The translations under genes and the position numbers were made by a program. Shown in pieces: positions 26,370 to 35,757 of a stretch of DNA of 56,733 nucleotides. The notes beneath the pieces were generated by a model. The model searched no databases and had not been told where the DNA came from. It saw only the letters and a list, made by a program, of their open reading frames with translations. Position 1 is the first letter of the stretch. Every line of letters starts with the position of its first letter. Source of the stretch: a virus (lineage: Duplodnaviria; Caudoviricetes); IMG/VR virus record IMGVR_UViG_3300014822_000065, positions 1-56,733 of that record; one strand, 5' to 3'.

Positions 26370-28649
26370 ATGAGACATAAGGGAGTAACCTTAGATTTTG
26401 AAACGCGGAGCGTCTGTGACCTTTTGAAGGCCGGGGCATACGCTTACTCGACGCACCCCACAACCACGGTTATGTGCGCCTGCTGGTCATTCGACGAAGA
26501 GCCCATTGACGGGCCTGTTCATGAATGGCAAGCGGGGTACCCCCATCTCGGCATCGACCAAAGTGATTTTCCACAGGAACTGGCCGATCATATTGCTGCC
26601 GGCGGTCTAGTAGAAGCCCATAATGCGTTCTTTGAATGGTGCATCTATAATAACGTGTGGCGCAAGATGCTACCGGAGCTGCCTCCGCTGTCCCTCGATC
26701 AAATACGCTGCTCTGCAGCCAAAGCGGCAGCATTTGCTCTGCCTCGTGCTCTTGACAAAGCCATCGAAGCTCTCGGTCTTCCGCATAAGAAGGATATGGC
26801 AGGCTCGGCCAATATGAAAAAGCTCTCAAAGCCCCGCAAGCCGACGGCAGCGGAAAAGAAAGCTTTGAAGGCTGAAGGCAGGGACCCGGACAATATGATC
26901 TTCTGGGTCGAAGACCGAGATTTGATCCTGAGAAACACCAAGTATTGTGCCCAGGACGTCAGAGCCGAACGAGGGCTGTCGTCTGTCCTGCGAGACCTGA
27001 CGCCGAGGGAATTTGAGTTTTGGCAGATGGACCTGCGGATGAACCTCCGTGGCATTTCGTGTGACATTGAGCTGGTGCATATTGCCATCGAGCTAGCCGA
27101 GGCTGAGCAGTCCCGCTTGAATAGTGAGCTTTATGATCTGACGGACGGATATGTTCAAAAGACCACAGGGCGAATTAAGTTCAAGAAATGGATGGCTGAT
27201 AACGGCTCGCCTATTCCAAACACTCAGGGTGCTACGCTGGACCTCTTGCTTGGTCTAGACCCGGAAGACGATGAAGCGGTCGCAGAGTTAAGGCGAGAAC
27301 TTCAAGGAATTACTTTGAACGACAAGACCCGTAGGGCATGTGAGATTGTGCGGGACGGCAACAGATCGTCCCTTGCCAAATATAAGCAGATGCTCATTCA
27401 GCTTTCTGAGGGCAATCGTCTGCGGGACATGATGCTCTACTGCGGAGCTTCAAGAACCGGCCGGTGGTCTGGTTGTGGCACTCAGCCCCATAACTTTATC
27501 CGTGGATATTCGGATATTATGGAGGAAGTCTGCCAAGATATTTTGACGGCCGACCCGGAATTGCTACAGCTCCTTTACGGTGCATCGGTTCTAGAAATCT
27601 TGTCCAAAGCTACCCGGGGCGCCCTAATTGCGTCAAAGGGTAAGAAACTCGTAGTGGCAGACTTTGCCGCGATTGAAGCCCGTGTGTTACTCTGGCTGGC
27701 GGAAGCAGATGAAGCGCTCCAAGTATTCTATCGCGGAGAAGATATTTACTTGGATATGGCTTCGTCTATTTTTAAATACCCCTGTACCAATAAAGACGAT
27801 TTCCCGTTTGAACGCAGGGTTGGCAAGGCGGCAATCCTCGGTCTAGGCTATCAAATGGGCTGGGAAAAATTTGAAGAAGAATGTCGGAATAAGAATGGCA
27901 TCACGGATCAAGAGCCCAAATTCTTTAAGGACGTTGTCAGAGTTTATAGGGAAGAACGCTTTCCTGAAGTCAAGTCTTTCTGGTATGAGATGAACGAAGC
28001 TGCCATCGAGGCAGTCAAGCGTTATGACCCTAAGAAAAATGTAAAAGGCCCCCGGATTACCGTTCGCAGGATTACCTGGTTTATGTGGGGTCAGTTCTTG
28101 CATATGGAATTGCCTTCTGGCCGTCTGCTTTCCTACTTCCGCCCGATCGTCAAAGTTCGCAAGACCCTCATGTTTCCGGCCGTCAACGAGCGCGGGCATG
28201 AGTGCTCTGTGATGGTGTCAGGGCCGGCAAATATGACAGTCCAGCAAGGGCGTCGCCGAGCCATAACAATCGCGAAGACTGCAGGCAAGAAGCTCATACC
28301 CAATGGTGAGCCGAAAGAGTTCCAGAACGAGACGCTTACCTTCATGCATGAAAATTCCAAGACGCGAAAGTGGGAACGCAAAGAAACCTACGGCGGCGAG
28401 CTGGTTGAGAACGCGACTCAGGCAACCGCCCGGGACTTGATGGCCGAGGCAATGTGGCGCGTCGACCAGCATCCGGACTACGACCTGCTCCTGTCGGTTC
28501 ACGATGAAGAAATTGCAGAGATAGACGAGGATAAAATCCATGACGGCACCCTCAAAGAGTTTGAGGCACTGATGGAAGAGCTGCCGGCGTGGGCCGAAGG
28601 TTGTCCTGTTGAGGCTGAAGGCTGGATTGGCTTCAGATATAGGAAGTAG
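26370..28649 (+). CDS. polA: DNA polymerase, family A, with 3'-5' exonuclease domain
   Basis: LDFET, AHNAFFE, YCAQD exonuclease motifs; TGRWS; motif A DFAAIEAR; motif B RRVGKAAILGLGY; motif C VHDE. Confidence 0.93.
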   Translation: MRHKGVTLDFETRSVCDLLKAGAYAYSTHPTTTVMCACWSFDEEPIDGPVHEWQAGYPHLGIDQSDFPQELADHIAAGGLVEAHNAFFEWCIYNNVWRKMLPELPPLSLDQIRCSAAKAAAFALPRALDKAIEALGLPHKKDMAGSANMKKLSKPRKPTAAEKKALKAEGRDPDNMIFWVEDRDLILRNTKYCAQDVRAERGLSSVLRDLTPREFEFWQMDLRMNLRGISCDIELVHIAIELAEAEQSRLNSELYDLTDGYVQKTTGRIKFKKWMADNGSPIPNTQGATLDLLLGLDPEDDEAVAELRRELQGITLNDKTRRACEIVRDGNRSSLAKYKQMLIQLSEGNRLRDMMLYCGASRTGRWSGCGTQPHNFIRGYSDIMEEVCQDILTADPELLQLLYGASVLEILSKATRGALIASKGKKLVVADFAAIEARVLLWLAEADEALQVFYRGEDIYLDMASSIFKYPCTNKDDFPFERRVGKAAILGLGYQMGWEKFEEECRNKNGITDQEPKFFKDVVRVYREERFPEVKSFWYEMNEAAIEAVKRYDPKKNVKGPRITVRRITWFMWGQFLHMELPSGRLLSYFRPIVKVRKTLMFPAVNERGHECSVMVSGPANMTVQQGRRRAITIAKTAGKKLIPNGEPKEFQNETLTFMHENSKTRKWERKETYGGELVENATQATARDLMAEAMWRVDQHPDYDLLLSVHDEEIAEIDEDKIHDGTLKEFEALMEELPAWAEGCPVEAEGWIGFRYRK

Positions 28650-28651
28650 AG

Positions 28652-30166
28652 ATGACAATAGCTTACCTTAAATCTGGAGCGGCGCATTGGCCACTGGTTG
28701 ATCCGACTAAACCCCGATGGCGTCACCAGATCGAAGAGCTTGAGGAGCACGGGCTCAAAAAGGCTCGTGGCCTACTGTGGGGAATGCGGACTGGTAAGAG
28801 CCGCGTTATAGTTGACAGCGCTTGTGCTTTGCGTTCAGGCAACCAAATACGGGGTGGCCTGGTTCTTGCGCCTAACGGCGTGCACATAAACTGGGTACTA
28901 AAACAGATACCATTCCATTCTTGGCCTGGTATGTCCTGGTCGGCGGAATACTGGTCTTCCAACTATGCGCGTGAACGCCCGAATGAGTGGCAAGCCAAAT
29001 TTGATGCCCTACTCCGCTCTAATGCGGATATGCGCTGGTTTACCGTTAACTCCGAAAGCCTCGTCATGCCTAAAGTCAAGAAAGCTATCAGTGACTTTCT
29101 GGATAGTGTGCATGGAGAGGTTATTGCAATTGCTGATGAGAGCGTCGACTTTCGGACACCGGGATCTAAGCGGACGAAAGCGGCCCGAGGGCTGTTCAAA
29201 AAGCTGCCTTACCGTCGTATACTGGACGGCACCGCCCTCATGAACAGCCCCTTGCATGCATTCAGTCAGTTCGAGCTGCTGGAACCCGGAGCCCTCGGTT
29301 TCAAAACCTTTTCCGAGTTCAAGGACTACCATTCAGTCTGGAAACAGCAAAGGACTAAAAGTGGCCGATATTATCCTGCTCTTGACCATTATCGCAATTT
29401 GGAAACTTTACGAGAAAATATTGCAGATTATGCGACTGTAGTTCTCCGCGAGGACTGCGATGATATGCCGGAGCTTCTGCCGATTGAGGTGGTGGTGGAG
29501 ATGTCCCAACCTCAGAAAGACGCCTACCTCGAGCTACTGGAGAAATACCTCCTCGAATTTGAGAACGGAGCCGAAATTGACGCGCTTGAAGGTGGCAAGC
29601 GGGCTATCAAGTTCCATCAGATTGTTTCCGGTTTCGCTATCGATGACTTTGGGGAGGTTCAGAGTATCGATGACGATCCACCTATCCTACAAGAGCTCAG
29701 AAGACAGGTAAGCGACACCCCTAAATATATTGTGTGGTGCCGCTTCCGAGAGGATATTAGGCGAGTTTGCATTGCTCTGCGCGGAATGGGACATAAGATC
29801 GTCGAGTATCACGGAGGCGTTCCACAAAGCGTTCGGGCATCCAATGTCGACCAGTTCAATAATGACCCTGATACAGTTGGTTTCGTCGGTCAGCCCCAAG
29901 CTGGCGGCCGAGGACTTGAACTTCCTTGTGATACCATTGTCTGGTATTCCAGCACTTATGACGCAATTGTCCGCAATCAGGCAAACGAGCGGGGAACAGT
30001 TATGGGAGGCCGTTCCGTTGCCATTGTCACGCTGGCCACACCAGGAACCGTGCACGATGACATCGTTGCGTCCGCGGAGGGAAAAGTGCGCACTGCTGAC
30101 TGGGTTTCTGGACGCGGGCTGCGCGACAAAATGCGTGAGTGGAAGGCTAAACTTAGTACTGGTTAA
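28652..30166 (+). CDS. SNF2-like superfamily 2 helicase
   Basis: HQ Q-motif, GMRTGKS, IADES, LDGT, GRGLEL; motif VI divergent (QANERGTVMG). Confidence 0.8.
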   Translation: MTIAYLKSGAAHWPLVDPTKPRWRHQIEELEEHGLKKARGLLWGMRTGKSRVIVDSACALRSGNQIRGGLVLAPNGVHINWVLKQIPFHSWPGMSWSAEYWSSNYARERPNEWQAKFDALLRSNADMRWFTVNSESLVMPKVKKAISDFLDSVHGEVIAIADESVDFRTPGSKRTKAARGLFKKLPYRRILDGTALMNSPLHAFSQFELLEPGALGFKTFSEFKDYHSVWKQQRTKSGRYYPALDHYRNLETLRENIADYATVVLREDCDDMPELLPIEVVVEMSQPQKDAYLELLEKYLLEFENGAEIDALEGGKRAIKFHQIVSGFAIDDFGEVQSIDDDPPILQELRRQVSDTPKYIVWCRFREDIRRVCIALRGMGHKIVEYHGGVPQSVRASNVDQFNNDPDTVGFVGQPQAGGRGLELPCDTIVWYSSTYDAIVRNQANERGTVMGGRSVAIVTLATPGTVHDDIVASAEGKVRTADWVSGRGLRDKMREWKAKLSTG

Positions 30167-30262
30167 ATTGTTCAATATGCTGGCTTACGCACGCTGAGAA
30201 GAAGACTATTCTCAATTTTGTTCGCTGAAATCGAAACCAGGCCAAATAATGAGGAGCCCACC

Positions 30263-30721
30263 ATGAACACCATTCTGACCTATTCGCTCGGTTCGCCGGC
30301 CGCTGCTGTCACCTTCGCCCCCGCTGATGCCACCTCCGGCTCGAACGGGAAGCCCACTGCGGCCGACGCCAAGCCGAAGCCGGCCGAAGCCAAGAAGTCA
30401 AAGGAGCCGAAAGAGCCGAAGCGCGGCATCGGCACCGTGGCAATGGAGGCTATTCTGAACGGTGCTTCCAACGAGGAAGCTCTGGCGGCGGTCCGCAAGG
30501 AATTCCCGGACGCCAACACTACAAAGGCGTCGATCAACTGGTATCGGAATAAGCTGCGTAAGGACACTGCAATCTGCACCGGCGGCGCCTGGAAGGGCAA
30601 GCCCGTTCCGAACGCCCGCGAGATGGCCAAGGCTGCCAAGGCCGCGCAGGAAGGCAAGGATGCCGACAAGGCGAAGGCCGGCGACAACAAGCCGACGGCC
30701 AGCGACGATCCGACCGCCTAA
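30263..30721 (+). CDS. Lys/Ala-rich putative DNA-binding protein (FPxAxTT family; ends DPTA)
   Basis: GAGGAG RBS; KEFPDANTTKASINWYRNKL core with histone-like K/A-rich flanks. Confidence 0.75.
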   Translation: MNTILTYSLGSPAAAVTFAPADATSGSNGKPTAADAKPKPAEAKKSKEPKEPKRGIGTVAMEAILNGASNEEALAAVRKEFPDANTTKASINWYRNKLRKDTAICTGGAWKGKPVPNAREMAKAAKAAQEGKDADKAKAGDNKPTASDDPTA

Positions 30722-30756
30722 CCAGTGGTACCCTCCGCTCACGGGGCAAGGCAGGT

Positions 30757-30791
30757 AGAGGGTCCGGACATCTGTCCGGGCCCTCTTTTTT
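30757..30791 (+). terminator. Intrinsic terminator
   Basis: AGAGGGTCCGGACA...TGTCCGGGCCCTCT followed by a T-run. Confidence 0.8.
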
Positions 30792-30876
30792 ACGGAAGCG
30801 CGTTCTGCAAACTTACCGGTTTTCATCTCTGCTATTTTGCTGTATTCTAGTGATATAATGTGAAACGGAGAACGCC

Positions 30877-31959
30877 ATGTCTACTGAAGTTCTTGAAGCT
30901 CCGGCTCCACTCGAAATCAACGGGGTTTTCTACCAAAACGTCTATTACCAGCCTATGGGAAAAGGCATGGGGGGAGACCGCAAGGGCCTCTATGAAATCA
31001 AAGACCCGCCAAACACCGGCTGGTCGCGTGCCCTGGTTATCTGGCCTGAGGACGACGCGGAAACCCGGGCTACAAGTTCCCGCAAAAAGAAGGCGGCCAA
31101 GCGGGTTACGGTTTTCTGTCCCTATACTCTACAAGCATATCAGGTGCGGTTCACCGCCCGCGAAGTCTCGGGTCAAAAGGCGTATCGCTTTACCCCCGAA
31201 CTGATTGACCGGCTTGCAGCTCTCATTGACCGCAACTGGAAAATGTATTCGAATTTTGGGTTCCATCGCGCTTATGATGTTGCAGCCCTGGTTTTGACAC
31301 GACTGGGCAAGCCGGTTCCCAGCTATATGCGGCCGGCAGACAAAAACTTGGAGTTTACGGAGACTGAGGTTCCCAATCGCAAAGGTAAGCCAGTTGCGGA
31401 GTCTCTGCTTCGACCAGTAAATCCCTCTAGCAAGCGAGGACAGGTTTGTGCCTTCTTTATGAAGAACGGCTCCGGCTCCTTGCGCGAGGCAATGGCCGTC
31501 TTCGATATGTCCCGCTCGGGCGTCCTAACGCATCTCCACGGCCTGCACAAATATCATGGCTTGGGCTACGTCCTTCAGGGCGATATGGCTACCGTCATGT
31601 TGCCGCCGGGGTGCACTGACCCGATGGCTGACGGTGCGCAAGCCGCGGAGCACGCCAAAATTGTGGAAGCCGCCGCGGTCAAAAAAGCGGGCAAACCGTG
31701 CAAGCCTACTGTGACAGCGCTGCCAGGGAAAGGCAAGCGTCGGGAAGTTGCCCTTGCTATGGTCGAGGAAGCCGCCATTGAGGACGTTGCCAAAAAGGTC
31801 GGCTGCACTGTTAACTCCGTTCGGTCACACCTTCACGACCTGCATACAAAACACGGGTTCGGTTATGAGTTGTCTCCGGACAAGTCACGTGGTAAGCTGA
31901 TCGTGCCGGAGGGGTGGACACCGGATTATGATCCCGACAACCTTGACCCACTAGCCTGA
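30877..31959 (+). CDS. Putative regulator with two winged-HTH repeats (ends DPLA)
   Basis: Internal duplication: KRGQV...SGVLTHLHGLHKYHGLGYVL and KRREV...NSVRSHLHDLHTKHGFGYEL. Confidence 0.7.
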   Translation: MSTEVLEAPAPLEINGVFYQNVYYQPMGKGMGGDRKGLYEIKDPPNTGWSRALVIWPEDDAETRATSSRKKKAAKRVTVFCPYTLQAYQVRFTAREVSGQKAYRFTPELIDRLAALIDRNWKMYSNFGFHRAYDVAALVLTRLGKPVPSYMRPADKNLEFTETEVPNRKGKPVAESLLRPVNPSSKRGQVCAFFMKNGSGSLREAMAVFDMSRSGVLTHLHGLHKYHGLGYVLQGDMATVMLPPGCTDPMADGAQAAEHAKIVEAAAVKKAGKPCKPTVTALPGKGKRREVALAMVEEAAIEDVAKKVGCTVNSVRSHLHDLHTKHGFGYELSPDKSRGKLIVPEGWTPDYDPDNLDPLA

Positions 31960-31968
31960 GGAGCAATC

Positions 31969-33069
31969 ATGGAACTCAAGTCACCTGCAACGTGGATAGA
32001 GAAGTTCTTGGCACTTGTCCACCAGTTCAATGCTGACATCATCGGTCTGCCAATTCCTGAGGAGCCTACGCGTCTTGACGTTGAGCGCAAGAAATGGGCG
32101 TTTGCGGCCCTCGACGAAGAGCTGCAGGAGTTCCTTTCGGCTGAAACTCTGGAAGACGAAGTGGATGCCCTTCTTGATTTGGCCTATTTTGCTCTCGGCC
32201 GTGTCATCGAAATGGGCGTTGTGCCCGGAGCCGCGTTCGAGGAAGTCCATGCCGCCAATATGACCAAGCGCCGGGGCAAGCTTTCCAAGCGGAAATACTC
32301 CAAAGGCTTCGACGCCGTAAAACCTGAGGGATGGACGCCTCCGAACCTGCTTCCGTATCTGGCTCTGGATCGCCGACAAGTGCTTGCGGCATATGAGGCA
32401 GCACTGTCTGAGCAAGAGGCTGCCGAAGTCGCACAGATGCCTGAGAACGAGCCGGGGAACAATAGAAAGCCGAAGTTGCTCGTGCTCGGTCACGCTCGGC
32501 ACGGCAAAGACACCGTGGCCGAAATCCTCCAGCAGGAATACGGCTTTACCTTTACGTCCTCCTCTCTTTTCTGTGCCGAGAAGGTGATTTGGCCGGCGGT
32601 CCACAATCACGGCGATGCTCTTGATCGTCATGAAAAAGCCGGATGCCCGGGCATGTCCACGGACGACCTTCACAATGAGCTGAAGATGATGCGTGAACGG
32701 GCCTATGACGATTATGAGGCTTGCTTTAAAGATCGGGGTAACTTCCGCACGGCCTGGTTCTCCCTGATTGCCGCGTATTGCTACCCGGAAAAAGAACGCC
32801 TTGCACGGGAAATCTTCGATGCTGGCAATGATGTCTATGTGGGCATTCGCAATAGACGAGAATACTACGCGGTTGTCAATTCTGGTATTGTTGACGGCGT
32901 GATTTGGGTAGACGCCAGTGATCGCGTCAAGCCCGAAAGCTTTGGGTCCTGCACAGTCGAGCCGTGGATGTCCAACTGGATCATTGACAACAATGGAACC
33001 GTCGAAGAGCTGCACCACAATGTGCACCAACTCATGTCTTATCTTGGCTTTGAAAGGAATGAAGTATGA
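31969..33069 (+). CDS. MazG-like dNTP pyrophosphohydrolase fused to a dNMP-kinase-like P-loop domain
   Basis: N-domain EELQEF...DALLDLAYF...EVHAANMTK...KPEGW; C-domain GHARHGKDT, YVGIR..RE, IWVDAS.R, IIDNNGT. Confidence 0.85.
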   Translation: MELKSPATWIEKFLALVHQFNADIIGLPIPEEPTRLDVERKKWAFAALDEELQEFLSAETLEDEVDALLDLAYFALGRVIEMGVVPGAAFEEVHAANMTKRRGKLSKRKYSKGFDAVKPEGWTPPNLLPYLALDRRQVLAAYEAALSEQEAAEVAQMPENEPGNNRKPKLLVLGHARHGKDTVAEILQQEYGFTFTSSSLFCAEKVIWPAVHNHGDALDRHEKAGCPGMSTDDLHNELKMMRERAYDDYEACFKDRGNFRTAWFSLIAAYCYPEKERLAREIFDAGNDVYVGIRNRREYYAVVNSGIVDGVIWVDASDRVKPESFGSCTVEPWMSNWIIDNNGTVEELHHNVHQLMSYLGFERNEV

Positions 33070-33356
33070 TTACCATGATCTATGGCCCGCAGGCCAGTGG
33101 CAAAACCCGCAACAAAGAAGCCCTGGCTCGCCAGTATGCCCATACGAACATTATCGACGGCGTGACGAGACAGCGCCGGTCTCGTAAGTTCTATGACGAC
33201 AGCGGGCGGACGCATACCGAAGTCCCGGCGGATGCACTGCTCCTCACTACCATGAGCCGGCAGCAGTGCTTGTCATTCCTGGCTAAGCATGAAATCACCA
33301 ATGCCACCGTCGTGTCGATCGACGAAGCTTTGGCGGAACTGGAGGCCAACGCATGA
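33066..33356 (+). CDS. Small P-loop protein
   Basis: IYGPQASGKT Walker A; 96 aa; coupled on both sides. Confidence 0.75.
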   Translation: MITMIYGPQASGKTRNKEALARQYAHTNIIDGVTRQRRSRKFYDDSGRTHTEVPADALLLTTMSRQQCLSFLAKHEITNATVVSIDEALAELEANA

Positions 33357-34294
33357 ATACCCGGTCCTTTCATGAGGTCTACTATGACCTCCTCACTGAT
33401 TTGCTTCATCGCGGGGTGACCGAAACCAACGCTCGAACGAAGACCCAAATCAAGATGCTCCAGGGTGCCTTTTCGTTCAAGCTGGACCTCAGCAACGGCA
33501 AGCTACCGATTGCAGGTAACCGGCGCTACTTCCCGCACGTTTCTGCGGCCGAGGTTGCCTGGCAGTTCATGGGCACGCGCGATCCGTCCTTCATTCTGAA
33601 GCATGCACCGAAGCTCTGGTCGAAGTTCGTGGAGACTGAGACCGTCGAGGAGGAGGACCGCGGCAACGGGATGCGCCCCGTCGAAAAGCAGGTGCTCAAG
33701 ACTGCCTACGGCTGGCGCTGGCGTGAAGCATTTGGCCGGGATCAGCTGGCTCTTGCCGTCAAGGAGCTGCGAGACAACCCGACAAACCGCCAGCTCTGGG
33801 TTCAGGCATGGGACCCGCGCAGCGACGGCCTTGGCGGCCCGCAGCCAAAAAACATTCCCTGTCCCATTGGCTTCTCTGTCTCGCGCTTCCAAAACGACAT
33901 CCATATGAGCGTGTTCGTCCGTTCCAGTGACGTGTTCGTCGGCCTTCCCTATGACGTCATGGCTTATGGCTTGACGCTGGATGCAATCGCTGCTTCGGTG
34001 GGGTGTCGACCAGCAACGTTGCACTTTACCCTTGCCCATCCGCATCTCTACGAGCCGCACTGGAATATGGCTCGGGCGTGCACGTTGGCCAACTGGAGCG
34101 CCGGTGAATGGCGTGAGCAGAAAGAGCTCGCTGGCGCCTCGACTTCGTGGGCCAACGATGCGCAGCCCGCGCTCCCGTGCTGGGGCATTGACGACATTCT
34201 CAGGGCCCCTGACAATTATGTCAGCGTCATGAAGAACTTGGCGGGGCGCACGCGGCAGAACTCCTGGAACCCTCTGCCGGTCGTTGTGGAGTAG
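33353..34294 (+). CDS. Thymidylate synthase-family enzyme with Asp at the specificity position (predicted dCMP methylase or hydroxymethylase)
   Basis: AYGWRWR, PTNRQ, catalytic IPC (Cys170), RSSDVFVGLPYD (Asp201), HLYEPH. Confidence 0.88.
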   Translation: MNTRSFHEVYYDLLTDLLHRGVTETNARTKTQIKMLQGAFSFKLDLSNGKLPIAGNRRYFPHVSAAEVAWQFMGTRDPSFILKHAPKLWSKFVETETVEEEDRGNGMRPVEKQVLKTAYGWRWREAFGRDQLALAVKELRDNPTNRQLWVQAWDPRSDGLGGPQPKNIPCPIGFSVSRFQNDIHMSVFVRSSDVFVGLPYDVMAYGLTLDAIAASVGCRPATLHFTLAHPHLYEPHWNMARACTLANWSAGEWREQKELAGASTSWANDAQPALPCWGIDDILRAPDNYVSVMKNLAGRTRQNSWNPLPVVVE

Positions 34295-34317
34295 AACACG
34301 GCTTATGGGGAAGCTAA

Positions 34318-34785
34318 ATGGACACATCTGGAAATAATACCTCTCACTGGGACGCAAGGTTCATGGAGCTGGCTCTTGTTGCGCGGTCTTGGACCAAGGG
34401 CTTAGGCGCTGGCGTGGATCGCGGCGTCGGGGCCTGCATCGTCTCTCCGAGCCGTCACCAGTTCTCCCTCGGCTACGCAGGTTTCCCGCGTGGCCTCCAG
34501 GACGAGGCTGCGCGGCTGCAGGAGCCCGAATACCGTATGTATCACACCGTCCATGCGGAGCTTAACGCCATTCTCAATGCCCGCTGCTCGGTGGAAGGCT
34601 GGACAATCTATGTTACAGAAGCCCCGTGTCACGATTGCGCCAATGCCATTGTGCAGGCCGGTATCAAACGAGCGGTAACCGGAGCACCCCGGCAGGACTC
34701 CAGTTGGTATCGCTCTCAACTTGAAGGCCGTGAGACCATGCGGGAAGCAGGCCTCATCGTCGATACTTGGGAGAAGCCCCTATGA
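34318..34785 (+). CDS. dCMP deaminase
   Basis: VGAC, HAELNAI and PCHDC zinc motifs, IVQAGIKR. Confidence 0.9.
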   Translation: MDTSGNNTSHWDARFMELALVARSWTKGLGAGVDRGVGACIVSPSRHQFSLGYAGFPRGLQDEAARLQEPEYRMYHTVHAELNAILNARCSVEGWTIYVTEAPCHDCANAIVQAGIKRAVTGAPRQDSSWYRSQLEGRETMREAGLIVDTWEKPL

Positions 34786-35297
34786 AACTCATCATGGCGG
34801 TCAGCAAAGACGGGTTTGTAGCCCGTGGGTCCGACGATGATATGACTTGGACTGGACCGATCGACAAGGCGGTATTCAAACTGCTGACAAGCACTAGCGA
34901 CGTTCTTGCCGTATCGGCCAAGACCTTGCAGTATATGCCGAATACGCTCCCCGGGCGCGGCAAGCTCTATGCCCTGTCGACCGATCCGCGGCGCGGGATC
35001 GCTCTGGAAGACTTTGCGGGCATGTTCCCCGACGCTTGGTTGCTGGGCGGTCAAGAGCTGGGCCTGTATGCAATGAAAAACGGGTTCGTGAGCAAAGCCT
35101 ACATTTGCCGGGTCCTCGACAAGGAGCTGGGTATTGGCAATCCCAACGCGATCGACGATCAACTGACGGGTTATCTTGCCCGCCGGCGCTACTCCAAGGG
35201 CCGCGGCTCTTGGTGGGACGAAGCGCTGCGGGTGAAGATCGATCAGTCGCTGGTCGAAGTTTGGGAACGCGGGAGCGCCGTTGCAGATGACGTCTAA
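34782..35297 (+). CDS. Dihydrofolate reductase-like protein
   Basis: MKLIMAVSKDGFVA...MTW...DKAVFKLLT, LPGR and WLLGG follow the DHFR pattern. Confidence 0.75.
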   Translation: MKLIMAVSKDGFVARGSDDDMTWTGPIDKAVFKLLTSTSDVLAVSAKTLQYMPNTLPGRGKLYALSTDPRRGIALEDFAGMFPDAWLLGGQELGLYAMKNGFVSKAYICRVLDKELGIGNPNAIDDQLTGYLARRRYSKGRGSWWDEALRVKIDQSLVEVWERGSAVADDV

Positions 35298-35757
35298 GAC
35301 CGCCGAGAAAAACCTGTGGTATCGAATGCGGGAGGCTATGAAGGTCTTTCGCGCCGACGTTCATTACACCCGCATTGAAAACTCTATTTCGGACGGCTTT
35401 CCCGACGTAGAAGTTAGCCTTATGTGGGAAAAGGTCAATTACTCTGCAACGTTTGAGTTGAAGACCACGCATCGACCAGCGCATCTTGGAACCAACGTGG
35501 ACGCTTCCCATATTCGCATGGGTCAAATCCGCTGGCTAAAGAAGCGGTGGGCAGTCCGGGGTTCCGCCTGGATACTGATCCAGGTAGGATCAAAGAGAGA
35601 CCTCGCTTGTTACCTGATCCCAGGCTATCTTGCCGAGGAAGCGCAACAGGGCAAACCGGAGAGCTGGTATATCGCCAACTCTGTCTGTGACCCAAATGAC
35701 CCACTGGACCGCATCGTGCGGATTGGCTGCACGTGGAGATGGCTGGATGAAAATTGA
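35287..35757 (+). CDS. PD-(D/E)XK nuclease (VRR-NUC / Holliday junction resolvase-like)
   Basis: RIEN...GFPD...FELK...GQIRW motif. Confidence 0.8.
   Translation: MTSKTAEKNLWYRMREAMKVFRADVHYTRIENSISDGFPDVEVSLMWEKVNYSATFELKTTHRPAHLGTNVDASHIRMGQIRWLKKRWAVRGSAWILIQVGSKRDLACYLIPGYLAEEAQQGKPESWYIANSVCDPNDPLDRIVRIGCTWRWLDEN

Noticed and set aside
33353-34294. Ordinary thyA annotation
   Set aside because: Asp replaces the dUMP-specifying Asn and the PCH motif is PCP, so the gene symbol was withheld.
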